Source of the DNA: a virus
Lineage: Duplodnaviria > Caudoviricetes
Virus record (IMG/VR): IMGVR_UViG_3300028854_000488
Direction: 5' to 3' (one strand)
Length of the DNA: 64,000 bases
Below the pieces are notes generated by a model. The model was not told the DNA's origin. It did no database searches and saw nothing but the letters and a program-made list of their open reading frames with translations. Every line of letters begins with the position of its first letter. Position 1 is the stretch's first letter. This document shows, piece after piece, positions 26,249-36,296 of this stretch. Position numbers and translations under genes: made by a program.

Positions 26249-26991
26249 ATTATAATTTTAATTTTTAATTTTTTGCAAATTGAAATGAATTTTTCTTTTA
26301 TATTATTATCTTCTTCTGAATAATCTAAATAATTATTAGTTAATTTTATTTTACTTATATATTCTATTGGAATTTTATTTGAGTGTATTTGAACTTCTGA
26401 ATATTTATAATAAAATTTACCTTCTTCTATAAATATTTTACCCATACTAGTATTATACATTGAACCAATATTTGTAATATCTAAATTTGTTAGTATTGTT
26501 TTTGCTTCTAATAATAGCTTAGATTTTTTGTTTTTATTTAATATGTTATAATATATATCAGATAATTCATTTTTATCGTATATTTTTTTTATTTCACTAC
26601 TTATATTATCTAATAAAGTAAATGTGACTTTATAATCTTCAAATATAGATGGTTTAAAATAAAACATAACTGGTCCATGTCCAGTTTCGTGATCATATGT
26701 ATTATACCAATCTGGAGTACAAAATATTAAATTTTCAGTTTTGAATTTTTCTAATTCAATATTTTTTCTTTCTATCCACCATTTATTATCAAATTCTAAT
26801 TTTTTATTTTTTTTATTTATATTAATGTTATTATTTAATAACTCCTGTCTACTCATAAAATTTTTATTTTCTAGTATAGAAATTGCAGATTCATAAGACG
26901 ATAAATGTCTTATTGATGGAAATATATTATTATTTTCAATAATTTTAATATTATTAAAATTATTGAAATCATTAAAATTATTTATCAACAT
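26245..26991 (-). CDS. ADP-ribosyltransferase-fold protein (DarT/DUF4433-like)
   Basis: RHLSSYESAISILENKNFMSRQEL...YSEVQIHSNKIPIEYISKI. Confidence 0.5.
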   Translation of the reverse strand: MLINNFNDFNNFNNIKIIENNNIFPSIRHLSSYESAISILENKNFMSRQELLNNNININKKNKKLEFDNKWWIERKNIELEKFKTENLIFCTPDWYNTYDHETGHGPVMFYFKPSIFEDYKVTFTLLDNISSEIKKIYDKNELSDIYYNILNKNKKSKLLLEAKTILTNLDITNIGSMYNTSMGKIFIEEGKFYYKYSEVQIHSNKIPIEYISKIKLTNNYLDYSEEDNNIKEKFISICKKLKIKIII

Positions 26992-27081
26992 AAAAATATT
27001 ATTCCAATTCCTTGTATTGGTTGATTATTTTGAATTTTAGTTATTTTCATTGTTGTTATATATAAAAAATTATTAATGAAA

Positions 27082-27113
27082 TTTGGTTTATACAAATAAT
27101 TGTATTATATTTG
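27082..27113 (+). promoter_or_regulatory. Bacteroidota-type sigma promoter upstream of infC
   Basis: TTTG-N20-TATATTTG. Confidence 0.75.
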
Positions 27114-27133
27114 TACCTATAAATAAATTATAA

Positions 27134-27670
27134 ATGAAGAAACAAGAAGCTCAAAACAAAATAAATAGGTTTATTACTAGTCAAAGTGTTAGATTAGTAG
27201 GAGATAATGTCGAAAATTGCGTATTAGACACTAGAAAAGCCATTAGACTTGCGGATGAAATGGAATTAGACTTAGTTGAAATTTCATCTAATAATAATAT
27301 TTCTATATGCAAGATTGTAGATTATGATAAATTTCTTTATGATAAAAAGAAAAAAGATAAAGAGCAAAAAAAAGTTCAAAAACAAAATCAAATTGATATT
27401 AAAGAAATTAGAATGACTCCAAATATTGATGAACATGATTTTAATTTTAAATTAAAAAATGCTAAAACTTTTTTATTGGGTGGAGATAAAGTATTATTAT
27501 CAGTATTTTTTAAAGGAAGAGAAATTATATATCAAGATCAAGGTAAAGTCAAACTATTGAAGTTTGTCGATGCATTAGATGGAGTTGGAGCAGCAGAATC
27601 TATGCCAAAATTAGAAGGTAAAAGAATGCAAATGATAATAAAACCAATAAAACCAAATAAAAACAAATAA
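27134..27670 (+). CDS. infC: Translation initiation factor IF-3
   Basis: IN..I....VRLVG, LDLVEIS, CKIVDYDKFLY, KEIRMTPNIDEHDFNFK, FKGRE, PKLEGKRM. Confidence 0.95.
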   Translation: MKKQEAQNKINRFITSQSVRLVGDNVENCVLDTRKAIRLADEMELDLVEISSNNNISICKIVDYDKFLYDKKKKDKEQKKVQKQNQIDIKEIRMTPNIDEHDFNFKLKNAKTFLLGGDKVLLSVFFKGREIIYQDQGKVKLLKFVDALDGVGAAESMPKLEGKRMQMIIKPIKPNKNK

Positions 27671-27677
27671 ATTATTT

Positions 27678-28397
27678 ATGGAAAAGATAGAAATGCTCAA
27701 TTCAATTATTAAAATAACCAAAAAAAGTGAACAGGGTTTATCATTATCAATTATTAGACATACATCAATAGAATATGCCAATTTAGTTGAGGAATTAATT
27801 GAAGAAGGTAAAGCAGAAATTTTTATTACACATTATTCAAGTTTACCATCTGATGAATGGGTTGTTCCTGCTGGTTGTTATAACGTTATGAAAGATAATG
27901 AAACAGAACATCCTGGAGCATTAACATTTATGAGAATCTATTTAGGAATTGATGATTTAGGAATTGGACTTAAAATATCTGATGTTTTAAAAAATGTCAA
28001 TAGTATGGAAAAATATGCTAAATGGTTAAAAGATAATAATAAAAAATTAATAGATTTAACGAATATGCAAGAAATTGAATTAATACCAAATCAATTAGAT
28101 GATAATACAAAAAATTGGATAAAATCAAAAAAATGGTATACTTATAATGATACTATAGAATCATGTCTTAATCAATCATTAAAATTTGAAAAAGATAATA
28201 CTGATCATCAACAAATAGACTTATATGATGATCTTATGCTTTTATATAATACTAATAAAAACAAATATTCTGATGCAATCGAAGAAGCAAAAAAAGATAT
28301 CGAATTACTCAAAGAAAATATAAAATATCGGAATATAGTAAATAAATGGTTACAAAATCAAATACAAACAGCTAAAATACAAACAATTATAAAATAA
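27678..28397 (+). CDS. Hypothetical protein
   Basis: Open 239-aa frame between infC and pepF. Confidence 0.55.
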   Translation: MEKIEMLNSIIKITKKSEQGLSLSIIRHTSIEYANLVEELIEEGKAEIFITHYSSLPSDEWVVPAGCYNVMKDNETEHPGALTFMRIYLGIDDLGIGLKISDVLKNVNSMEKYAKWLKDNNKKLIDLTNMQEIELIPNQLDDNTKNWIKSKKWYTYNDTIESCLNQSLKFEKDNTDHQQIDLYDDLMLLYNTNKNKYSDAIEEAKKDIELLKENIKYRNIVNKWLQNQIQTAKIQTIIK

Positions 28398-28400
28398 AAA

Positions 28401-30200
28401 ATGGAAACAAAATTAAGAAATGAAATTTCGGATGAATTTAAATGGGATTTAACACAAATTTATAAAGATAAAGATGAATTTGATATAGATTGTGATAAAA
28501 TTTTAGATTATACTAAAAAAATTGTATTATTTAATGGTAAATTAACAGATACTAAAGAATTGAAGAAATGTTTGGATTTGTCAACTAAGACAAGTAAAAT
28601 GATAACAAAGCTTTTTTGTTATGCTAATATGTATTTAGATCAAGAACAAAATAATGAAGATGCTGATAAATTGGTTCAGAAAGTAAAAGATGCTGCTGTT
28701 AAATTTAGTTCAAAATGCGAATTTATTACAGACGAAATTATTCATTTTAATGATGATATAATTTCAAATATATTATCTTGTGAAGATTTAGAAGTCTATC
28801 ATTTTGATATTAAAGATACATTAAAAAATAAAAGTCATATTTTATCTAAAATAGAAGAAGAACTTTTAACTAATATTTCTGATGTTTTTTCAACATCAAA
28901 TGATGTATATACAATTTTTAAAAATACTGAATTGAAATATTCAACTATTACACTATCAAATGGAGAAGAAGTATTAGTTGATGATAGAAATTATAGAGTA
29001 TTAATTGAATCTAGCAATAGAGATGATCGTAAATTAGTTTATGATACTTTTTATAAAACATTTGATGAATATAAGAACACATTATCTAAATTGATGTTCA
29101 AATTCATTAAGAGTTCTGCAACAGAAAGTAAAATTAGAAATTATAAATCATCTTTAGATAATTCTTTATCATCAGAAAATATTCCTATATCTATTTATGA
29201 TGGTTTAATTGAAAATGTATCCAATAATCTTGATAAAATGTTTGATTATCTTAATTTTAGAAAAGATATATTAAATTATGATGAATTGAATTATTATGAT
29301 TTATATAACCCCATTGTGAATGATGTAGATTACAAATATTCATATGATAACGCTAAAAAATTACTTATAGAATCAACCTCAATTCTTGGAAATGAATATA
29401 CTAATATTATGAAAAGAGCAATCAGTGAAAGTTGGATAGATGTATATCCAAATCAATTTAAAGATACTGGTGCATATATGAATGGATCTGTGTACGATGT
29501 TCATCCTTATATTTTATTGAATTATAAAGATAAATATGATGATGTTTCAACTCTTCTTCATGAAGCAGGACATGCTGGACATTCTATATTAAGTAATGCT
29601 AATCAACCTTATAATAAATCAAGTTATTCAACATTTATTGCTGAAATTGCATCAACAACAAATGAACTTTTGTTACTTAATCATATGTTGACTACAACAG
29701 ATGATAAACAATTGAAAATTTTCTTGTTGAATAATTATATTGAACATTTTAGAACAACTGTATTCAGACAAACTATGTTTGCTGAATTTGAAAAATTTAT
29801 GTATGAATCAGTAGAAAATGATGAAGTTTTAACAGCATCATTGATGAATGATAAATATTATGAATTACTTAAAAAGTATCATGGTGAAGATAAAAATATT
29901 ATTAAAATTGATAAATTGTATGCAAATGAATGGTCACGTATTCCACATTTCTATTATGATTTTTATGTATTCCAATATTCAACAAGTTTTATTTCTGCAG
30001 TTATTCTTTCAACAAGAATTTTGAATGGAGATAAAGAACAATTAGAAAAATATATGGAACTATTGAAATCTGGTAGTAGTGATTATCCTGTAGATTTGTT
30101 GAAAAAGGCTGGTATAGATTTGACCGATGGAGAATGTTATAAGGATGCATTTAAACAATTCTCGGAATATTTGGAAGAACTAAAATCTTTATTGAAATGA
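28401..30200 (+). CDS. pepF: Oligoendopeptidase F (M3B)
   Basis: KWDLTQIY, WIDVYP..K.TGAY, TLLHEAGHAGH, AEIAST.NE, W.RIPHFY..FYVFQY. Confidence 0.95.
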   Translation: METKLRNEISDEFKWDLTQIYKDKDEFDIDCDKILDYTKKIVLFNGKLTDTKELKKCLDLSTKTSKMITKLFCYANMYLDQEQNNEDADKLVQKVKDAAVKFSSKCEFITDEIIHFNDDIISNILSCEDLEVYHFDIKDTLKNKSHILSKIEEELLTNISDVFSTSNDVYTIFKNTELKYSTITLSNGEEVLVDDRNYRVLIESSNRDDRKLVYDTFYKTFDEYKNTLSKLMFKFIKSSATESKIRNYKSSLDNSLSSENIPISIYDGLIENVSNNLDKMFDYLNFRKDILNYDELNYYDLYNPIVNDVDYKYSYDNAKKLLIESTSILGNEYTNIMKRAISESWIDVYPNQFKDTGAYMNGSVYDVHPYILLNYKDKYDDVSTLLHEAGHAGHSILSNANQPYNKSSYSTFIAEIASTTNELLLLNHMLTTTDDKQLKIFLLNNYIEHFRTTVFRQTMFAEFEKFMYESVENDEVLTASLMNDKYYELLKKYHGEDKNIIKIDKLYANEWSRIPHFYYDFYVFQYSTSFISAVILSTRILNGDKEQLEKYMELLKSGSSDYPVDLLKKAGIDLTDGECYKDAFKQFSEYLEELKSLLK

Positions 30201-30445
30201 TAAAAATTGGAGATAAATTATATTGTCATGATAATGATTATGGTATTTCATCAGTAACAGTAGGAAAAATATATTCTATTGTAGATAGTTCATATAGTGA
30301 ACGTATAATTATAAAAGATGATAATGGTAGACAGATTTCTTTCACAATATATCAAGATGTTAATGGACTATCATATAAAAATTGGTTTATTGGAATTATA
30401 GAATATAGAAAAAATAAATTATTAGAGATAGAACATAACATTTAA
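30197..30445 (+). CDS. Small SH3-like protein with RKxKL tail
   Basis: KIGDKLYC...IEYRKNKLLEI. Confidence 0.55.
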   Translation: MIKIGDKLYCHDNDYGISSVTVGKIYSIVDSSYSERIIIKDDNGRQISFTIYQDVNGLSYKNWFIGIIEYRKNKLLEIEHNI

Positions 30446-30534
30446 CAAAAAAAATCTGAATTACTTGTGTAGTTCAGATTTTTTTATATCTTTGTATTCA
30501 ATCAAAATTATAAACAAATTTAAAAATTAAACAA

Positions 30535-30675
30535 ATGAACAAACAATTAATTTCTTTCTACAATGAGTATGTTTCAACTGGATCAAATATTGCAGAATAT
30601 GCAGAAAAAAATGGTATCACGCCTACTGAGTGCTTTCAATTGATCACAATGGGAGAACATTATAGTAAAAACTAA
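30535..30675 (+). CDS. Small 46-aa hypothetical protein between two terminators with own promoter
   Basis: MNKQLISFYNEYVSTGSNIAEYAEKNGITPTECFQLITMGEHYSKN; TATCTTTG -7 element at 30486. Confidence 0.5.
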   Translation: MNKQLISFYNEYVSTGSNIAEYAEKNGITPTECFQLITMGEHYSKN

Positions 30676-30693
30676 TTTTAATATTAGTTTATA

Positions 30694-30726
30694 AAAAAAC
30701 CAACATTAATAATGTTGGTTTTTTTG
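30694..30726. terminator. Bidirectional intrinsic terminator
   Basis: AAAAAAACCAACATT-AAT-AATGTTGGTTTTTTT between convergent genes. Confidence 0.75.
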
Positions 30727-30739
30727 TGAATATTAATTA

Positions 30740-31597
30740 TTACAATACCTTTTTTATTTTTTTATCTCCACCTGTATCAAATACAGAATATGTTACATTT
30801 TTAGTTGATAATTTTAATTCTAAAAATTGATCCATTGCAGCCTTAACAAATTTAGGATCATCATCAGAAAATCCATATTTAACATTTATACCTAATTTAG
30901 TTGCATATTTATTAACTATTTCATTAAAATCTTGTAGAGCATTTTTCTTTGATTCTTCTGCTGTCATTATACCATATTTTTCTATAAAATAATTAGATGA
31001 TATAGTATAAATTGGACACAATTCAATATAATAATCAATTACTTGGTGAGATTCAGTTTTAAAAATTTTATGATATTTTAAAAGATTTTTTATCATTTGA
31101 TCTTTAAAATTAATATTTTTGTTTATATTTTTTATTTGTAAATCTTTAAAATTGTCTAATCCATATTCATATATAAGCCAATATAAAGCTTTTCTTATGT
31201 TTTTTGGTGAGTGACCTCTTGATGTTATAATAGAAAATATATTACCATTTATTAAACATTCAAGAAACTTTGTCCAAGATGGTCCAAATTTCTTATTTAT
31301 AACAGCATATTTGAAATCAATAATGAAAGTTTCATCTTTAAGATGCCCATAATCTCTAAAGTTCGAAAATGATTCATCACCTGGTTTATACCTCCAGCCT
31401 TCAGTACCTCTAATTTTAGAAAATATAGCTGTATCTACTTCTTCATCAATCCATTTATTATTCACTAAATGCTCCATTATAATTTTTGTATTGGTGTATA
31501 ACAAATTATCATCAATATCAAATGAATAATATTTGAATATTTTTTCGTTAATCTTAGAATATTTTTGATGTTTTGAATTTTCTACTTCTGTATTCAT
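30740..31597 (-). CDS. HAD-like conserved jumbo-phage protein
   Basis: YSFDIDDNLL, IITSRGHS, GFSDDDPK. Confidence 0.65.
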   Translation of the reverse strand: MNTEVENSKHQKYSKINEKIFKYYSFDIDDNLLYTNTKIIMEHLVNNKWIDEEVDTAIFSKIRGTEGWRYKPGDESFSNFRDYGHLKDETFIIDFKYAVINKKFGPSWTKFLECLINGNIFSIITSRGHSPKNIRKALYWLIYEYGLDNFKDLQIKNINKNINFKDQMIKNLLKYHKIFKTESHQVIDYYIELCPIYTISSNYFIEKYGIMTAEESKKNALQDFNEIVNKYATKLGINVKYGFSDDDPKFVKAAMDQFLELKLSTKNVTYSVFDTGGDKKIKKVL

Positions 31598-31663
31598 TAT
31601 ATACTTTTTAAATGAGTTATTATTTTGAATACAAATATACAAATTTTATTTTGAATAAAAAAA

Positions 31664-31939
31664 TTATATATTGAATTTTTTAGCAGATAGATGAATTTTT
31701 ATTTCAGGTATCATATTTAAGTCTACTATTTCTTCTGTTATTTTTTTTATCCACAAATTATTATCATATCCTTTCATATCTAAATAACAACTAACAATCT
31801 CATCTAAATCAAATGGATTTACATTGATATCAATTTCATTTGAGTCTCCATTTTCATCAATTTTCATCAATTTATATTCTGGATCATATATTATTGGTTC
31901 AATGTTATGCTCGTATTTTTCAAATTTTTTAATTTTCAT
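31664..31939 (-). CDS. Small protein with N-terminal KKFE and C-terminal KKFNI motifs
   Basis: MKIKKFEKYE...SAKKFNI. Confidence 0.6.
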   Translation of the reverse strand: MKIKKFEKYEHNIEPIIYDPEYKLMKIDENGDSNEIDINVNPFDLDEIVSCYLDMKGYDNNLWIKKITEEIVDLNMIPEIKIHLSAKKFNI

Positions 31940-31944
31940 ATTAT

Positions 31945-32199
31945 TTAATTATTATGTTTATTGTAATATTTTGAAATTGTCGGATTAAAGAAATTTCGTA
32001 TAATTAAGTTAGATTCTATAGTATATATTAATAGTTTTTTTAACTTATCTAAAAATGAGCTAGTAGTTTCATTTTGAAACATTAAATTTGATAATGATTT
32101 TGTCATTAATTCTTCTTCATAATCAAATCCAGTTTCTATTTTATCATTTATATGTTTTAAATCGTATAACTCTTTGATTTGCATATCTTTTTCAATCAT
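31945..32199 (-). CDS. Hypothetical protein
   Basis: Open frame in co-oriented cluster. Confidence 0.5.
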   Translation of the reverse strand: MIEKDMQIKELYDLKHINDKIETGFDYEEELMTKSLSNLMFQNETTSSFLDKLKKLLIYTIESNLIIRNFFNPTISKYYNKHNN

Positions 32200-32201
32200 A
32201 A

Positions 32202-32741
32202 TTAAATATTAAATTTTTTTGATTCTATATATAATAAGAAATCATTATATTCGTTATTTGATAAAATATAATAATCTCCCCTTTCTTTTTCATCAAGATA
32301 CAATATATTAAGTGTATTATCATCTTCAAAATATGCAAAATCAGCATATTCATTTGTTTTTAATACTTTGATTTGTTTTAAGTAATCAGTCAAAGATGAT
32401 AATAAATCATTGTAATCATTAATTATATTTGTTACTTCTGACTTAGTTAAATTTGTTTCGTCTAGTAATGCTTGGTATTCCTCACCATTAAATTCATAAT
32501 TATCACCATTAGATTCATTTTTATCGAAAATTTCAATATTTAATTCTCCACCACTTAAAAAATTAGGATTCCAAACATCACCAAGATGATCAAGTTCAAT
32601 TTCAAAATCATAATAATCTAAATGTGATTTCATATAATTTAGAATTTTTGCATATAAATCATCTTTATTTGATAATACCTTTTTTATATCATTATCAACG
32701 CTATTATTTTCATTTAATTGAAAAAATCTTTTAATTATCAT
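32202..32741 (-). CDS. Protein with C-terminal KKFNI motif
   Basis: MIIKRFFQLNE...ESKKFNI. Confidence 0.55.
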   Translation of the reverse strand: MIIKRFFQLNENNSVDNDIKKVLSNKDDLYAKILNYMKSHLDYYDFEIELDHLGDVWNPNFLSGGELNIEIFDKNESNGDNYEFNGEEYQALLDETNLTKSEVTNIINDYNDLLSSLTDYLKQIKVLKTNEYADFAYFEDDNTLNILYLDEKERGDYYILSNNEYNDFLLYIESKKFNI

Positions 32742-33274
32742 TCAGTTAATTTATCTTTTTTATCAGTCCAAATATAATATCCATTAAATTCATTATCATA
32801 TACCATATTACCTAATGTTGATATAACATTTATTGTTGTATCAAAAGTTATAGTTTGCTGAAATGAATATTTAACTTTTTCTTTATCAATAAACGATAAA
32901 GGTTTCATCATTATACCAAAAACATTTAATGAATCAGGAATATCTGAATAAAATTCTGATAATGCAAAAGTTACTAAATTTTCTCTGATATTTTCAATAT
33001 CTTCTTTATCAAAAATGCTACATTTGAAAACTACTTTTTCAGTACCTAAAATATCGCCTGACATATCATTAATCTTATATTGATGCTTCTTTTTATCCAT
33101 TAAATCAATATATTGTTCATATGTTTTAAAATAATCAACAAGAATTTTAGTGTATTTAGAAGTTGATAATTTTATGTTATAGAAGAACTCATCTAATTTT
33201 ACATTAGGTATTTGAAATTCATATAACGGAAACCATTCTGTGAATTTTTTAATATTGTTTATTTCATTTATCAT
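32738..33274 (-). CDS. Hypothetical protein
   Basis: Open 178-aa frame. Confidence 0.55.
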   Translation of the reverse strand: MINEINNIKKFTEWFPLYEFQIPNVKLDEFFYNIKLSTSKYTKILVDYFKTYEQYIDLMDKKKHQYKINDMSGDILGTEKVVFKCSIFDKEDIENIRENLVTFALSEFYSDIPDSLNVFGIMMKPLSFIDKEKVKYSFQQTITFDTTINVISTLGNMVYDNEFNGYYIWTDKKDKLTE

Positions 33275-33288
33275 TTTATATTGTTTAT

Positions 33289-34014
33289 TTATTTTTGTAT
33301 TAATTTTAAGAATTCATTATATTCATTATTAGTCAAATTTATTTTTATTTTATTTGTACCTTCTGATATTTCTAAAGTTTTTTCATTTTTTAATACTCTA
33401 ATATCACATTCATTAACATTAAATTTTGATATTTTGATGCCACTTTCTTCAATATCAAAATTAGACATTTTAATACCACCTTCATCATTATCAAAATTTA
33501 ATCTTATATAATATACATTAGAAAGATCAATAACTTGTATTTTATCTTTTTCTTTTAATTTATTTAGTTTACTTAGTATTGTTAATAATAATTTTGTATT
33601 TCTATTTCTCATATAATTAGTAAGTATACTTTTTAAAAATTTATATAAAAAGAAACCAATTGCGAATAATGTAATCAATCCAAATGATTCATTTTTATAT
33701 TCATATGAATTAAATTCCTTTAAGTGCTTCATTTGTTTGTTTTTATATTCATCATCTTTTTGCTTTGCTATTAAATCATCTAAAATATCATTTAATACAG
33801 TTTTTACTAAATTTTTATATTCAATATCATCTGTTATAAGATTAGAACCTTTATTTTTTATATCATCTAAAATATCATTAAACATTTTAGAATTTCTATA
33901 ATATTTTTTTAATGACTGCGGAGTTGCACCTTTATTTATATAAAAATTTATAATTGGATATAATTCAGAAAATATATCAGATTTTGCTTGCTTTGTTAAA
34001 TTAGAATTTTCCAT
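33289..34014 (-). CDS. Hypothetical protein with central hydrophobic segment
   Basis: Internal MKHLKEFNSYE motif, FGLITLFAIGFFLY. Confidence 0.55.
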   Translation of the reverse strand: MENSNLTKQAKSDIFSELYPIINFYINKGATPQSLKKYYRNSKMFNDILDDIKNKGSNLITDDIEYKNLVKTVLNDILDDLIAKQKDDEYKNKQMKHLKEFNSYEYKNESFGLITLFAIGFFLYKFLKSILTNYMRNRNTKLLLTILSKLNKLKEKDKIQVIDLSNVYYIRLNFDNDEGGIKMSNFDIEESGIKISKFNVNECDIRVLKNEKTLEISEGTNKIKINLTNNEYNEFLKLIQK

Positions 34015-34065
34015 AATTATATATATTAATATTTATTTTCTAAAAAATATTTTATATATAATAAT

Positions 34066-34380
34066 ATGATAACTAATTTTAAAAAATTTGAATCAATAAA
34101 CGAAAAATCAATAGAAATTGGAGATTTTGTTATATGTGAAGAAGTAGACTATGCTGATATTAATACTATATTTACATCAACTAATATCGGTAAATTTATT
34201 AGATATGATGACGGAGAGGCTTATCCTTATATAATAAAATATGATTATACACCAAAAAATATGAAAAGTTATTTTTCAGGTGATGATGAAAGAAATATGT
34301 CAATTGATGAAATAAAATATTGGTCTAAAAATAGAAATGAATTAGAAATAATATTACAAACTAATAAATTTAATATATGA
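34066..34380 (+). CDS. MITNFKKFE-family small protein (paralog of 34740 and 45021)
   Basis: IGDFVIC...FTSTNIGKF...QTNKFNI. Confidence 0.65.
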   Translation: MITNFKKFESINEKSIEIGDFVICEEVDYADINTIFTSTNIGKFIRYDDGEAYPYIIKYDYTPKNMKSYFSGDDERNMSIDEIKYWSKNRNELEIILQTNKFNI

Positions 34381-34715
34381 TAACTAATTTTAAAAAATTT
34401 GAAGATTCTGATAAAAAATTACTTTGGAATATGCCTGTAAAAATGCCAGATTTTTATATATCTCTGAAAAAAATTGGAATGCCAGAGATTATAATTAAAG
34501 ATTGGATTAGACTTCGTAAGAATAAAGTTTTTACAGCTAGAGATAATTTCACAGATTTAGAAACAATTACAATAGTAAAACATCCAGAGTATGAAAATTC
34601 TTATACATGGTATCCGTACCCAACATCAGAAAGCTATGATAATAATATATTTATGGGTAAATTAGTATGCACACCAGAAGAAATTCAAGATTATTATGAT
34701 GAAATTGAATTTTAA
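34377..34715 (+). CDS. MITNFKKFE-family protein
   Basis: KKFNL tail lies in the +1 frame just past the TTT-TAA stop. Confidence 0.6.
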   Translation: MITNFKKFEDSDKKLLWNMPVKMPDFYISLKKIGMPEIIIKDWIRLRKNKVFTARDNFTDLETITIVKHPEYENSYTWYPYPTSESYDNNIFMGKLVCTPEEIQDYYDEIEF

Positions 34716-34739
34716 TAATAATATAAAAAAATTTAATTT

Positions 34740-35057
34740 ATGATAACTAATTTTAAATTATTTGAAGAAATTTGTAAAGATGAGCCAGAAATTGGAGATT
34801 TGGTAGTGTGTAATGAATCAGAGTCATATTCGGATTCTGAAATTATTACTTTTACATCAAATAATATAGGTGAATATATTAGATATGACACAGAATTCAT
34901 GCAGCCATATGTGATACATTATGAAGAAATACCAAAAAATTTAGAAAAATATTTCTCACACAATGAAAGAAATATGTCATTAGATGAAATAAAATATATA
35001 TCAAAAAATAAAGATGAATTAGAATATATAATACAATCAAATAAATTTAATTTATGA
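34740..35057 (+). CDS. MITNFKLFE-family small protein
   Basis: IGDLVVC...FTSNNIGEY...QSNKFNL. Confidence 0.65.
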   Translation: MITNFKLFEEICKDEPEIGDLVVCNESESYSDSEIITFTSNNIGEYIRYDTEFMQPYVIHYEEIPKNLEKYFSHNERNMSLDEIKYISKNKDELEYIIQSNKFNL

Positions 35058-35563
35058 TAACTAATTTTAAAAAATTTGAAGATTATTCAGATGACTTTAT
35101 TATAAAGATTGAAGCTACTAACGAATTGATCAAAATTATTGATGAAAATATTATTGATAATAGAAGCAAAGAATCATCAATAAAAATGATAAATTTATTA
35201 GATGAGGGAGCATATCCAAATATTAAAGCTAAAAATGGACAGACTCCTTTGACATATGCTGCTACCATATGTTCATTTGATTTAATTTATAAACTTATAG
35301 AGGTTGGTGCTGATATTGAAGCTAAAAATGATAACGGTGATACTCCAATAATGAGAGCTGCTATAAATAGTGACCTAGCATCAATGAGAATATTATTAGA
35401 AGCTGGAGCATCACTATATTGTAAAAATAAACAAGGACATGAAACATTAGGTTTTTTAAATACGTACGATATCAATAGAATAATATCTAAATATCCAGAA
35501 CAATATAAAGATTATTTGAAGAAAAAAGAATTTGATGATTCAGTAACAAAATTTAATTTATAA
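35054..35563 (+). CDS. Ankyrin-repeat protein with MITNFKKFE head and KFNL tail
   Basis: GQTPLTYAA, GADIEAKNDNGDTPIMRAA. Confidence 0.85.
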   Translation: MITNFKKFEDYSDDFIIKIEATNELIKIIDENIIDNRSKESSIKMINLLDEGAYPNIKAKNGQTPLTYAATICSFDLIYKLIEVGADIEAKNDNGDTPIMRAAINSDLASMRILLEAGASLYCKNKQGHETLGFLNTYDINRIISKYPEQYKDYLKKKEFDDSVTKFNL

Positions 35564-35564
35564 T

Positions 35565-36230
35565 ATGAAACACTTGAAAATGTATGAAGGAACTAATTTT
35601 CCTATTTTATTTAAAAATGAAGGAGAATTAAAAACATTATTATTAAAAAATAAAGATTTTTCAGAAGGAAATGTATTTGACGCTATAACTGACGTTTCTT
35701 ATATAGAATCTACATCAAATATTGATTATGAAAAATTTTTAGATATTGTGAAAGAAAAATATGGTATACTACCTTATTTTTGTATTCTTCTATGTAATTA
35801 TAATAGACAAGTATGTAATGGAGGTCATATTCAATATTTTGAAAACGGATTTGCTAGCTCTTCAAATTCAAGAGGATTTGGTAGAAAATATAATAATGCA
35901 AATATTCATATGAAATTAATTATGTTATTTAAATATTTAAAAATCGAACAACATATACCAGAAAAATTAGGAAAAACTGTGTATTCAATAATGAAAGATT
36001 TTGATTTAGATAGTATTAAATTTGATTGCTACTATGGAGATGATGAACAATATAACGAGAATAATTATAATAGAAATGATTATTTAGATAAATTAGATAA
36101 AAGATGGTATGATATAAATGAAGAATTTATTGAAAAATTTAATGACTATCTTAAAACATTAACTTTAGATGATGAAAAAATTTCAAGATTAGTAGAATTA
36201 TCAAATAGTACAAATAAATTTAATATATAA
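35565..36230 (+). CDS. DMP19/DUF4375-like protein (possible DNA mimic)
   Basis: QVCNGGHIQYFENG, LDKLDKRWY; tail STNKFNI. Confidence 0.6.
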   Translation: MKHLKMYEGTNFPILFKNEGELKTLLLKNKDFSEGNVFDAITDVSYIESTSNIDYEKFLDIVKEKYGILPYFCILLCNYNRQVCNGGHIQYFENGFASSSNSRGFGRKYNNANIHMKLIMLFKYLKIEQHIPEKLGKTVYSIMKDFDLDSIKFDCYYGDDEQYNENNYNRNDYLDKLDKRWYDINEEFIEKFNDYLKTLTLDDEKISRLVELSNSTNKFNI

Positions 36231-36296
36231 AAAAGAGATGATATAAAATATATCATCTCTTTTTGAAGAGTGTAATGTAAAATAACTAAGAATAAT

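Noticed and set aside
26988-27050. 21-aa ORF MKITKIQNNQPIQGIGIIFLC after a TATATA motif
   Set aside because: Too short to support; could be a remnant or a coupling peptide.
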